A stretch of 64,000 nt of DNA from positions 67,478-131,477 of the forward strand of contig JAZDNF010000010.1 in assembly GCA_043800255.1 (NCBI GenBank). The letters run 5' to 3'. The notes below the pieces were generated by a model. It had not been told where the DNA came from and made no database searches. It was given only the letters and a program-made list of their open reading frames with translations. The stretch is from Candidatus Altiarchaeota archaeon. GTDB taxonomy: Archaea; Altiarchaeota; Altiarchaeia; IMC4; SCGC-AAA252-I15. The position numbers were made by a program, and so were the translations under genes. Shown here piece by piece: positions 56,207 through 64,000 of this stretch; the stretch's first letter is position 1; each line of letters opens with the position of its first letter.

Positions 56207-58201
56207 CTATGCGCCCTCCTCCTTCTCCTTTTCTTCCATGTCCAGCTGCTTTAGGAGGTCGATGAACCTCACCTTGAGGGTCACATCTCCTATGTTATCC
56301 ACTATCTTTGCTATGATGCTCGGTACCGGGCCTCCGCCGTCTTCATTCCTGAGGGGTGCCATCCTCCACGCCCAATTGGCTTTCAGGTCGTCGGAGTCCA
56401 GGCTCATTATTGTCCTCCCCAGCGCGTAAACCGCCAGTTCTCTGACAGATGGGGTGCGCTTGTCATCCGGGTCAAGCACCTTTTCCACACCCTCCAGCAT
56501 CCTCTCCTTCTCGCTGTCATCTGGGTTCAGGCTTGCCATCGTCTTCTCTGTTGCAGCAAGAAGCGCTCCGACAGCGTCTCTGTCCTTCTCCTTAGTGAGC
56601 GCATCCAGCATCCTGTGCATGTGATCCCTCCTGACGTTGTCGTTTTTTATGCCTGGCACGACAACCTTCAGCGATTCGACAGCCGCTCTTCTAACTAGAT
56701 TACTGTCGTCTCCCAGCCTGCTGGAAGCACGTTCCGCATACCCTTTCCATAACTCCTGGTTCTCTCCTATGGGGACGTACCTCCCGTACTCTTCTGCTCC
56801 GTGTCCGTTCAGGAGCGCGTGTTCGTCAGAAAGTCTCTCTCTGATGCGCGCCTTCACAGTCTCATCCAGTTCAGGATGCTTTTTCAGCAGCCTCTTGAGC
56901 GATTTGGAAGCGTGCTCCTGCACGTCCTTCGCAGACCTCTGGACGTGCTTGATGAAGGTTGTCTTAACCATTGGGTCGCCGACGTGGTCTACTACTGGAA
57001 CTATGAGCTTCTCCCTGACCTCTTTTATCTTCGTCGTGAACGCTATCCCATCGAAGAGGCTTATCCCCTCGTATCTGGCGTCAGTGTCTACCTGGCCTAT
57101 CCTCTCAGCCAGCTTCAGCGCGTGACCGTATTTGAAGTCGCTGCCTGTCATCCCGTTCAGCGTCTTGCACAATCCGATATATGCTCCAGACTTTGTTATC
57201 ATCAGGAAATCCTGGACGAACTGGTCCATGTCCTCTTTGGATGCTACTGTGCCTTCGAACTTCTGCCCCCTCTGGGCGACTGCGTAGGCTGTCTTCACCC
57301 TCTCAAGGTCTTCTCTGCCGTCGAGCATGTCCTCCAGCTTTGACACCAGCTTCCTCTGCCTGTCAGCGTCCTTGAGGGTGAATGCGATGTCGCCTATCGT
57401 GTGGGCGCTCGTGTTCGTTATCCAGTGGGTTGGGAACGGGTACCTCCAGCTTCTGCCTTTGGCTTTAGCCCATCCGCTGTCTCTCTCATCTGCCCCTATT
57501 CTGTTGATGAACCAGCCTATCACCTTCTCCTTGAAGTCGTCGTCAGGCACCTTCCTGGTGATCTCGCTGACGGCGTCGAATATCCTGTCTCCTGTCTGCA
57601 GGTACTGCTCTGCTCCCGGTGCCGCGGCCGCCAGCACCTTCTCTACTATGTCCTTTTTCTTGTTTTCGTCTTTGAATTTTGGCACGATCTTCCCCAGAAG
57701 GTCGGCTGACCTGTTCCTCCTGCGTTCGCTGTCGCTTCTCAGGTTTCCCACAAGGGTTTCAGCGTAACCGTGCTTGTATCTTTCGTCCTCGACCGATGAT
57801 ATGATGCTCTCAAGGCTTTCCGTGAGCGCGTCAGCGAACTCTCCGATTACGAACTTCATCGGCGTCTGTTCGCGCATTTCCAGGTTCTCCTCTCCCCTGA
57901 GCAGGTCTTCGAATTCCACCACCGCTTCCATTCTCATGTCGTCGTCTCCTGTCTTCGGCAGCTCCCTTCCCAGCCGCCGTATCTCCCCCTTTATTCTCCC
58001 GGCTTTGACCCTTGTCTCATCGCGTTTTTTTGGCGGCTGGTTTTCGCTCCTGTCAAGCCTCTTCAGTTCCCTGATGCCTCTGATGACCCATCTCACCTCC
58101 CTCCGCTTCTTTTCTAGAGGGTTTATCTCCTTAAGCTGCTCCAGCCTCTCAGCCTCGAGCTTGTCCTTCATCGGATGCTTTATTATCTTCTCGTCAGCCA
58201 T
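56207..58201 (-). CDS. Alpha-solenoid (HEAT/ARM-like) cytoplasmic protein (664 aa)
   Basis: Charged and helical; HEAT-like segments (LGDDSNLVRRAAVESL, SVRELAVYALG, DVQEHASKSL); no signal peptide or TM segment. Confidence 0.75.
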   Translation of the reverse strand: MADEKIIKHPMKDKLEAERLEQLKEINPLEKKRREVRWVIRGIRELKRLDRSENQPPKKRDETRVKAGRIKGEIRRLGRELPKTGDDDMRMEAVVEFEDLLRGEENLEMREQTPMKFVIGEFADALTESLESIISSVEDERYKHGYAETLVGNLRSDSERRRNRSADLLGKIVPKFKDENKKKDIVEKVLAAAAPGAEQYLQTGDRIFDAVSEITRKVPDDDFKEKVIGWFINRIGADERDSGWAKAKGRSWRYPFPTHWITNTSAHTIGDIAFTLKDADRQRKLVSKLEDMLDGREDLERVKTAYAVAQRGQKFEGTVASKEDMDQFVQDFLMITKSGAYIGLCKTLNGMTGSDFKYGHALKLAERIGQVDTDARYEGISLFDGIAFTTKIKEVREKLIVPVVDHVGDPMVKTTFIKHVQRSAKDVQEHASKSLKRLLKKHPELDETVKARIRERLSDEHALLNGHGAEEYGRYVPIGENQELWKGYAERASSRLGDDSNLVRRAAVESLKVVVPGIKNDNVRRDHMHRMLDALTKEKDRDAVGALLAATEKTMASLNPDDSEKERMLEGVEKVLDPDDKRTPSVRELAVYALGRTIMSLDSDDLKANWAWRMAPLRNEDGGGPVPSIIAKIVDNIGDVTLKVRFIDLLKQLDMEEKEKEEGA

Positions 58202-58261
58202 CGTCTACTATTAGGAGGTACGAGAAATTAACCGTTTTTATCCTCCTCTTTAATATCTTAT

Positions 58262-59584
58262 ATGGCTGACGGTGAGGGCTTTTCCGCTGACGAGGGCATA
58301 CTTCTAGTCTACCTGATTCTCGCGTTCCTCTCATACAGTCTCTTCTTCACACCATGGGTCACTTCTGACGGCCTCTCCTACTATGCTTACCTACGGTCTC
58401 TCACGGTTGACGGGGACCTCTATTTTGGGAACGAGTTCGAAGCTCTCTCCAAGCTGGGCACTGGGGAAATCAATGACGCGTCAGTCGTCACGGAAACCGG
58501 CTACTATGGTAACAGGTTCTCCATCGGCCCTGCCCTGTTGTGGAGTCCCTTCTACCTGTTCTCTCAGCTGAAGTATGATAGCATCCTCTCCCATAATGAG
58601 CTGGCAGGTTACGGGCAGCGGAGCGTCTGGTATGCTGCTTTCGCCACCTTCTTCTACTCTTTTTTGGGCCTCTTATTGTTGGACAACCTATTGGAGCGAG
58701 TGTTCTCGAAGACTGTTGCATTCTATTCAACCGTACTCATATGGCTTTCCACCCCCCTCCTCTATTATATGGTACATGAGCCTACCATGTCCCACGGGCT
58801 GTCCTTTTTCGCTGTGACATTGTTCGTCTGCTGGTGGCATGCCTTCAGAAGGAGGGAAGGATGGGTGAAGTACGCTCTTATGGGCTTAACAGGCGGTCTC
58901 ATGGCGGTAATCCGCTGGCAGGACGCTATCTTCTTTTTGCTGCCAGTTTATGACCTTTATAGGGCCTATCTGGGGGACTCTAAACTCCGTCCCATCCTGT
59001 TGAAGCGTATTCTGGTCATGTTTTCGGTCGCGTTCCTCGTGTTTTCGCCTCAGATGGTAGCCTGGAAGGTCATCTATGGGAGTTTTCTGACTGTGCCGCA
59101 GGGTGAGGGCTTCTTTGATTTCCTGCATCCCAGAGTACTGCAACTTCTCTTCTCCACGCACGGTCTGCTCACGTGGACGCCGCTCTACTTGGTTTCCATA
59201 GCAGGTTTCTACTTCCTGTACAGGAGGGATCGGGAGCTTGCTATTCCAATCTTACTAGTATTAGCAGCCAACATACTCTTCAACGGTTTCCTGGTGGACT
59301 GGCACGGTCACTGGAGTTTCGGCGCCCGCCGGCTAGTCAACTGCATCCCATTGTTCGCATTAGGCTTGGCAGCCTTCCTGGAACATTACCAGAAACGAAT
59401 TCCCCTCGCAGTACTCTTCACAGCACTCCTAATATTCGCAGCCTGGAACATCCTGCTGCTGACCCAAATAACATTCCAGCACAACCTCATCAACCATGAT
59501 GTGCCCTACAGTCAGCTGATACAGAACCAGAGCCGGGCGATAGAACAACTCACGCAACTCATACGGTACAAACTGTTCAGCTAG
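58262..59584 (+). CDS. GT-C fold membrane glycosyltransferase (PMT/ArnT, GT39/GT83-like) (440 aa)
   Basis: Many TM segments; SDG..YYAYLRSL..DGDL loop after TM1, GPALLWSPF, W.G.WSFGARRL motifs. Confidence 0.75.
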   Translation: MADGEGFSADEGILLVYLILAFLSYSLFFTPWVTSDGLSYYAYLRSLTVDGDLYFGNEFEALSKLGTGEINDASVVTETGYYGNRFSIGPALLWSPFYLFSQLKYDSILSHNELAGYGQRSVWYAAFATFFYSFLGLLLLDNLLERVFSKTVAFYSTVLIWLSTPLLYYMVHEPTMSHGLSFFAVTLFVCWWHAFRRREGWVKYALMGLTGGLMAVIRWQDAIFFLLPVYDLYRAYLGDSKLRPILLKRILVMFSVAFLVFSPQMVAWKVIYGSFLTVPQGEGFFDFLHPRVLQLLFSTHGLLTWTPLYLVSIAGFYFLYRRDRELAIPILLVLAANILFNGFLVDWHGHWSFGARRLVNCIPLFALGLAAFLEHYQKRIPLAVLFTALLIFAAWNILLLTQITFQHNLINHDVPYSQLIQNQSRAIEQLTQLIRYKLFS

Positions 59585-60317
59585 TCTTGCAGTAGTAGAA
59601 TCTTTCTGTAATTGTGGGGTCGTTTCTCATGTGCGTTGTTCGGCCGTCGGCGCATATCATCTGGTAGTAGACTATCGTCTTGTCGTCTATATCCTCCTTC
59701 CATGTTGAGGTTTTGTCGCCGCTGCTGAAGACATTCCTTATTATGAGCGTATTCTCAAGAGTGACTCTCCTGTCGTCTGCGTTCTCTTCTATCCTGTTGG
59801 AGCAGGGGTTGTAGGCTATGTCTCCAGTTATTATGTGCTCTGAGCGCTCTTCCAGCAGTCTCTGGATTCTCTCATCAGCTTCCTCTGCCATCGTCCTGCA
59901 GTCTTTTTCCTCGGTGATTGTCGAAGTCGTTGGAATAGTCGTCGTTGTTGCATGAACCTGCAGGTTGCATGTTATGCTTATCCCAGCGCTTTCGAATTGT
60001 GTGGGGCAGCCTTCTGACGCGTTCGCCTGGAGTCCGTTGACATAATAGTACAGCAGTTCGCCGCCTATGTACCCTTGGCTGCAGGCGTCGTCTGCTGTTA
60101 AGCGTATGGTGTAGAATCCTGACACGCTCATACTGGCTGTTGTCGTCTGGTTGTAGCTGCTGTTCAACCCTGCTATCGTTACCGTGGCGTTCTTCAGCAG
60201 CCTGCCGTCCTCGTACGCGTATCCTGCGATAAGATGCGGCAGCCGGCAGCCTCCCGCAGAAACAGAAATCACTAACTCTAAGACCGCCAGCAGAACAAAC
60301 CCTAACCTGCCTTTCAT
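59577..60317 (-). CDS. Secreted protein with beta-sandwich-like N-domain and Thr-rich linker (246 aa)
   Basis: Signal peptide; PH.I.GY...DG....A.V.I pattern; TTTTIPTTST linker. Confidence 0.7.
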   Translation of the reverse strand: MKGRLGFVLLAVLELVISVSAGGCRLPHLIAGYAYEDGRLLKNATVTIAGLNSSYNQTTTASMSVSGFYTIRLTADDACSQGYIGGELLYYYVNGLQANASEGCPTQFESAGISITCNLQVHATTTTIPTTSTITEEKDCRTMAEEADERIQRLLEERSEHIITGDIAYNPCSNRIEENADDRRVTLENTLIIRNVFSSGDKTSTWKEDIDDKTIVYYQMICADGRTTHMRNDPTITERFYYCKTS

Positions 60318-60421
60318 CCCCCTATTTCACCCCCAGTTAATATCCCCCATTCTCGGCTTAAATACTGTTTATCTGCAGCAGCATTTTCCCCCAAGGATTT
60401 GAACTTGAAATATTAGACTAT

Positions 60422-60457
60422 GGTTTCCTAGCCTCCCACCACGGAAGCTAGGAAACC
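60422..60457. terminator. Strong hairpin (11-bp perfect stem) at the edge of the AT-rich module
   Basis: GGTTTCCTAGC (60422-60432) pairs with GCTAGGAAACC (60447-60457). Confidence 0.45.
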
Positions 60458-60530
60458 GACACAATTTTTATGATTATATGTTTCTTATTGGCCTCCTTAA
60501 TTTTCGTAAGTCTTATACTCTTTCCGCAAG

Positions 60531-60926
60531 TCAAACATTTATGTAACCTCCGACTAGGAGGAAAAGGAAGATAAGGATTATTGCGTAACCTAATCCCTCG
60601 ATTATTGCAGGTTCGCCTTCGCTAACGTCAAAGATCCTCCAAATACATTTGCCTGTTAATAAGAATTCGATTATTCGGTAAGTACAAAAGAAGGTTATAA
60701 TTCCAAGGCCTGTTGATTGTACTAGGAAGTCACGTGTTACTGAATTGTGATTATGGGTATAATTTACATAAATCATAGCTAGGCTTATTAAGGAACTGAT
60801 AGAAAGATTAATCAAGTAATTAGTCTTTGTTGTTGGGATATACCCTATTATTTCCCACCCTGCCCCGTACCATTTTCCTGTTTCTGGGTCTTTGCCAAAC
60901 CAAGTTGTTTTCTTCTGGTTTTTCAT
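60531..60926 (-). CDS. Small membrane protein, candidate immunity protein (131 aa)
   Basis: About 3 hydrophobic segments; AT-rich; third gene of the Rhs module. Confidence 0.6.
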   Translation of the reverse strand: MKNQKKTTWFGKDPETGKWYGAGWEIIGYIPTTKTNYLINLSISSLISLAMIYVNYTHNHNSVTRDFLVQSTGLGIITFFCTYRIIEFLLTGKCIWRIFDVSEGEPAIIEGLGYAIILIFLFLLVGGYINV

Positions 60927-60930
60927 TCTT

Positions 60931-61668
60931 TTAACTCTTATTCTGTGTAAAGACGAGATTTATTATCCTTGTGTCTCTACTTGGGTTATGAGTTATTCTG
61001 AAAGGCATAGTCCACTCTTGGCCTTTGTAATCCCATGTCAGATTGATTACGGTATCTTTTCGAATGAGATCTCTGTTAATGGCTAGTATGCCATCAGATG
61101 CATTTCCAACGTAGGTATTATCTACATACACTCTTCCGCTAAGTGCCGTATTATTCTCCATTTTAAAAGACAACAACAAATCTCCTGAATTCTGTTGAGG
61201 CTGAATCATCAACGCCAGGATTGTGATAATTAGGAGGAATATAACGGCGGCTACTACTCCGTTCATGTTTTCTCTAAGTTTGTATTCTGGTTCTCTATCA
61301 TAGATTTTTCTAAGGTACACTACCATAACAAGGACACCGACAACACCTCCATACGCTGGTTTGATGCCCAGATAATAGAACAGTATTATGCCAGCGGAGG
61401 CGCCAACGGCAACTAGCAGTATCAATCTGAATCTAATCGACCACGATTTTTCTCCCTCAGACTTGCTCTGCCTATGTTCCTCTTCACGCTTAAGCTTATT
61501 ATTCAGACTCTTAATCAGATACGGTATGCCTACTAGAATACCAGCTATTCCGCCATAGTATGGGTCAAAACCTAGGAGATAAAGTATGTAAGATGCAAAA
61601 AATGTGGCTATGAATACTCTAAAACCGAGTTTTGCATAGAACATGAGAGATTTTGAATTCAATTTCAT
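60931..61668 (-). CDS. Membrane protein with duplicated two-TM unit and small C-terminal beta (PEGA-like) domain, candidate immunity protein (245 aa)
   Basis: LYLLGFDPYYGGIAGILV / FYYLGIKPAYGGVVGVLV repeat; GRVYVDNTYVG; starts 2 nt after the Rhs stop. Confidence 0.65.
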   Translation of the reverse strand: MKLNSKSLMFYAKLGFRVFIATFFASYILYLLGFDPYYGGIAGILVGIPYLIKSLNNKLKREEEHRQSKSEGEKSWSIRFRLILLVAVGASAGIILFYYLGIKPAYGGVVGVLVMVVYLRKIYDREPEYKLRENMNGVVAAVIFLLIITILALMIQPQQNSGDLLLSFKMENNTALSGRVYVDNTYVGNASDGILAINRDLIRKDTVINLTWDYKGQEWTMPFRITHNPSRDTRIINLVFTQNKS

Positions 61669-61670
61669 TT

Positions 61671-62918
61671 TTATGGTTTCTCCTCCATGGGATTAGGATT
61701 TTCTGTATCCTCTTCCACTTGTGCTGTGCAAGAGTTCTCCCCTATTTTATATTCAGAGGATATGGTCCATATTGTCTCTTTGGTGATTCCTTCTACTACC
61801 GGGTTTGTAATATCCTGGTTTGATGTTGTAGCTAATACGCCTGGAGGCCCAAATACTTGAGAAGAAAGGTATGTTTCTTCAAAATTAGAAGTAATTGCAC
61901 CCATCGCGTCTTTTGGCTTTAATGGATTTTTAGATGTAAACATCGATTCAATACCACCTTTTACTACCGAATAAGTAGATACTGCAACTAGGTTAGTTGC
62001 TTCTACATTACCCCCACTCTGTATAAACGTAATTGTACCTGCTATCCCTGCTGCTGAACCTCCCGCTATTGCTCCAAGCGTTTTAATCCCTGTTTTAGCA
62101 ACAGATCTCTGAGAGGGTTCTGTTGTAATGTAATCTATTACTCCGTATCCAAGCCCAACTAATGTTGCTACTGTAATAATTATTCCCCCAGCACTCCCTT
62201 CTACCACACACGCGTCCCATGCACAATTTCCGCTTGGGTCTGTGTATTTCAGTGGATTATTTCTAACGTAACTGTATCTGTTCAGCGTCTGGGGGTCATA
62301 CGGATCCTGGATAATGGTGTCTGGCTGTGTGAATCGTTTGATTGTGGGGTTGTAGTATCGTGCTCCGTAGTAGTATAGGCCGGATTCTATGTCGTATTCT
62401 TGGTCTGTGTAGAGGTATTTGTTGATTGCGTTGTCTATGGTTTCGCCGAAGGGTGTATATGATTGTCTTGCAATCTCTTGGCCTGCGGCGTCTGTAATCA
62501 CGCTGGTGCTTCCAAGGTGGTCTTTCAGATAATAATAAATTCCTGTGGAGTTTTTCTTGGCCACCCTCTCCCCATTGGCGAAGTAGTATGAGGTTCCTTG
62601 GCCGTCGGTTTCTTCGTAGTGTTCTCCTATGTAGTAGGTGGTGTGTCCGCCTTCGACCTTTTTGACTCTGTTGCCTGTGTGATCGTACCCGTACTGGGCT
62701 ACCACTGTGGAGCAGGCTTGGTCTTGGCAGACCCTGGAGAGCTGGTTAGCATCATCATACTCGTAGTAGAATTCGCCGTCAGACAGGAGGTTCCCGTTCG
62801 CATCATAGGAGAAATCAACGGAAACTGCGGTGGAAGTGGTCACCGAAATCGACAAAACCAGGAATGAGGCGAAGACCGCATACGCGGCCTTCATATTTCT
62901 TTTGTCGGGTTTTGTCAT
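61671..62918 (-). CDS. Short RHS repeat-associated core protein with signal peptide and variable C-terminal tip (415 aa)
   Basis: YDANGN, YDDANQL, DHLGS, YTPFG, GLYYYGARYYNP..RF.QPD, NRYSYV.NNPLKYTDPSG, followed by a hydrophobic Gly-rich C-terminal region. Confidence 0.9.
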   Translation of the reverse strand: MTKPDKRNMKAAYAVFASFLVLSISVTTSTAVSVDFSYDANGNLLSDGEFYYEYDDANQLSRVCQDQACSTVVAQYGYDHTGNRVKKVEGGHTTYYIGEHYEETDGQGTSYYFANGERVAKKNSTGIYYYLKDHLGSTSVITDAAGQEIARQSYTPFGETIDNAINKYLYTDQEYDIESGLYYYGARYYNPTIKRFTQPDTIIQDPYDPQTLNRYSYVRNNPLKYTDPSGNCAWDACVVEGSAGGIIITVATLVGLGYGVIDYITTEPSQRSVAKTGIKTLGAIAGGSAAGIAGTITFIQSGGNVEATNLVAVSTYSVVKGGIESMFTSKNPLKPKDAMGAITSNFEETYLSSQVFGPPGVLATTSNQDITNPVVEGITKETIWTISSEYKIGENSCTAQVEEDTENPNPMEEKP

Positions 62919-62944
62919 TGTTTATCCTCTTGTTTTTCCGCCTT

Positions 62945-62999
62945 TTTATACTCGAACGTATTATACATAATATACGTATTTTATGTGAGGTGACGTAAT
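62945..62999 (+). promoter_or_regulatory. TA promoter/operator with repeated ACGTAWT motif and SD
   Basis: TTTATA box; ACGTATT at 62956 and 62974, ACGTAAT at 62993; imperfect palindrome at 62956-62977; GAGGTGA at 62987-62993. Confidence 0.5.
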
Positions 63000-63227
63000 A
63001 TGGTGAGTCTGACGTTGTCGGTTCCGTTGGAGCTTAAGCAGAAGATGGACAAGTTCCCGGAGATGAACTGGTCTGCGGTGGCGAGGCGCGCCATAGCGGA
63101 GAAAATCACTGCGTTGGATTTTATGGACCGGATGCTCTCTAAGAGCGAGCTCACGGAAGAGGACGCTCTAACGCTCGGCAGGAAGGTGAACAAGGCGGTT
63201 GCTAAGAGATACCTCAACGTGGAGTAG
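63000..63227 (+). CDS. vapB: Ribbon-helix-helix (VapB/CopG-type) antitoxin (75 aa)
   Basis: MVSLTLSVP.ELK.KMD.FPE.NWS.VAR.AI pattern typical of archaeal RHH antitoxins; directly upstream of a PIN remnant. Confidence 0.75.
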   Translation: MVSLTLSVPLELKQKMDKFPEMNWSAVARRAIAEKITALDFMDRMLSKSELTEEDALTLGRKVNKAVAKRYLNVE

Positions 63228-63332
63228 ATGGAATTTGTCGTATGCGGCATCTGGTCTAACGACAAGCGGCTGAAAGAACAGTCCGAGGTTAAAGTATACT
63301 CCACGCGGGACCTGCTCAAAGCGTTTGAGTGA
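63228..63332 (+). pseudogene. vapC: PIN-domain (VapC-like) toxin with large in-frame internal deletion (34 aa)
   Basis: Translates MEFVV-CGIWSNDKRLKEQSEVKVYSTRDLLKAFE*: first strand of a PIN domain fused to the C-terminal IWSND...VKVYST.DL motif. Confidence 0.7.
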
Positions 63333-63541
63333 ATGTTCTCCATTTTATCCCTCCTATCATTTGCAGCAGCATTTTGCTAGTGCTAGGTTGCTCTGACACC
63401 AGTCGTCAGCCGCTGGCGTTGAAACGCTCTATTCCACCGGTCTCTGGCCGGTGGTTCTTCACATCTGCCACGCTCCAGTACATTTTGTTTTGCATAATCG
63501 TTCATCCCTCTACATGTTTGGCGTGCGTTCTGACATGTAGC

Positions 63542-64000
63542 TCAGGGCATTGTTGTCGTTGTTGTTGGAACTGTTGTGGTGTTTTGGTTGTGTATTTTTA
63601 GGTATGGTTTTTTGTTTGTTTCTGCTTGGTAGGTGTACCAGTAGTTTTGGTGTCCTGTTGCTCCTCCTTCTTGTTCGTTTGTTGTGTTCCAGTGTAGTCT
63701 CAACCCTAAGAAGCTGGTCGCATTATTGTAGCCTTCTGTCACGTTCACGCAGTATTCGCCGTATGGGGAGTAGGCTGTGTATAATGTGCCTAACAGTGTT
63801 CCGCTGTCGAAGTCAGACCTGTTCACTAGTCCGTCTCCTCTATAGTAGTCTGCGATTACGTCATATGCGTTTCCTGAGTATATTTTGTTGTAGTAGTATA
63901 CGCACAGTTCCGCAGATTCTGCCTGGCCTGTTACTGGGAACTCTAGGATTGTTCTTGCTGGTCCTCCTTTCTGGTAGTTTCCTACTAGGGAGTATTGTGT
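63542..64000 (-). CDS. 3' end of an extracellular protein with DNRLRE-like domain (5' part outside the window)
   Basis: Frame open from 64000: ...LVGNYQKGGPARTILEFPVTGQAESAELCVY...VNVT...FLGLRL...KPYLKI, ending in a Thr-rich tail. Confidence 0.6.
   Translation of the reverse strand, partial: TQYSLVGNYQKGGPARTILEFPVTGQAESAELCVYYYNKIYSGNAYDVIADYYRGDGLVNRSDFDSGTLLGTLYTAYSPYGEYCVNVTEGYNNATSFLGLRLHWNTTNEQEGGATGHQNYWYTYQAETNKKPYLKIHNQNTTTVPTTTTTMP

Noticed and set aside
62981-63601. ORFs 62981..63343 (-) and 63329..63601 (+)
   Set aside because: The first is antisense to the antitoxin and PIN remnant; the second has no recognisable features and overlaps the end of the DNRLRE-like gene.
63542-63826. 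94-aa ORF as a complete gene
   Set aside because: The frame stays open to the window edge, so it is the 3' part of a longer gene.
1-64000. Diversity-generating retroelement, integron or CRISPR as the diversifying mechanism
   Set aside because: No reverse transcriptase, integrase, cas gene, attC-like spacers between genes, repeat-spacer array or adenine-specific TR/VR pair was seen in this window. Such genes could lie outside it.

Overview
Most likely an archaeal genome segment (inference from GAGGTGA Shine-Dalgarno sites, TATA-like leaderless promoters, very dense N-x-S/T sequons and an archaeal-type RHH/PIN toxin-antitoxin pair; a DPANN-like lineage is plausible but unproven). The first 40.2 kb is one uninterrupted + strand tandem array of at least 52 paralogous genes (51 complete, 1 cut by the left edge), 186-360 aa each. 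Every member has a conserved N-terminal leader (MTGTK[VI][VI]KLKLE..G..KLP.LK), a highly variable helical domain, a variable number (about 3-12) of 19-residue GXGXG (GltB/FwdC-like) beta-helix coils, and a GEIW..G.KVWP-type cap. 41 of the 51 junctions are ATGA/GTGA stop-start overlaps. All members are intact yet strongly diverged, with signs of patch-wise sequence exchange and of unit loss (a 9-codon collapsed unit and a decayed 3' end). No fwd/fmd or glt partner genes are present, so this looks like a diversified binding-protein repertoire rather than a metabolic operon; it is the main candidate for an undescribed system. Downstream is a cluster of large secreted proteins: two S8 proteases, an FG-GAP/CUB lipoprotein and a 1781-aa Cys-rich protein, three of which end in a GWNLIS[LI]P-like strand. 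Then come a small Zn-ribbon gene missed by the ORF track, an alpha-solenoid protein whose N-terminus resembles the array leader, a GT-C glycosyltransferase, an AT-rich short Rhs module with two membrane genes, an RHH antitoxin with an internally deleted PIN toxin, and the 3' end of a DNRLRE-like gene. No database searches were run; all family calls come from motif recognition.
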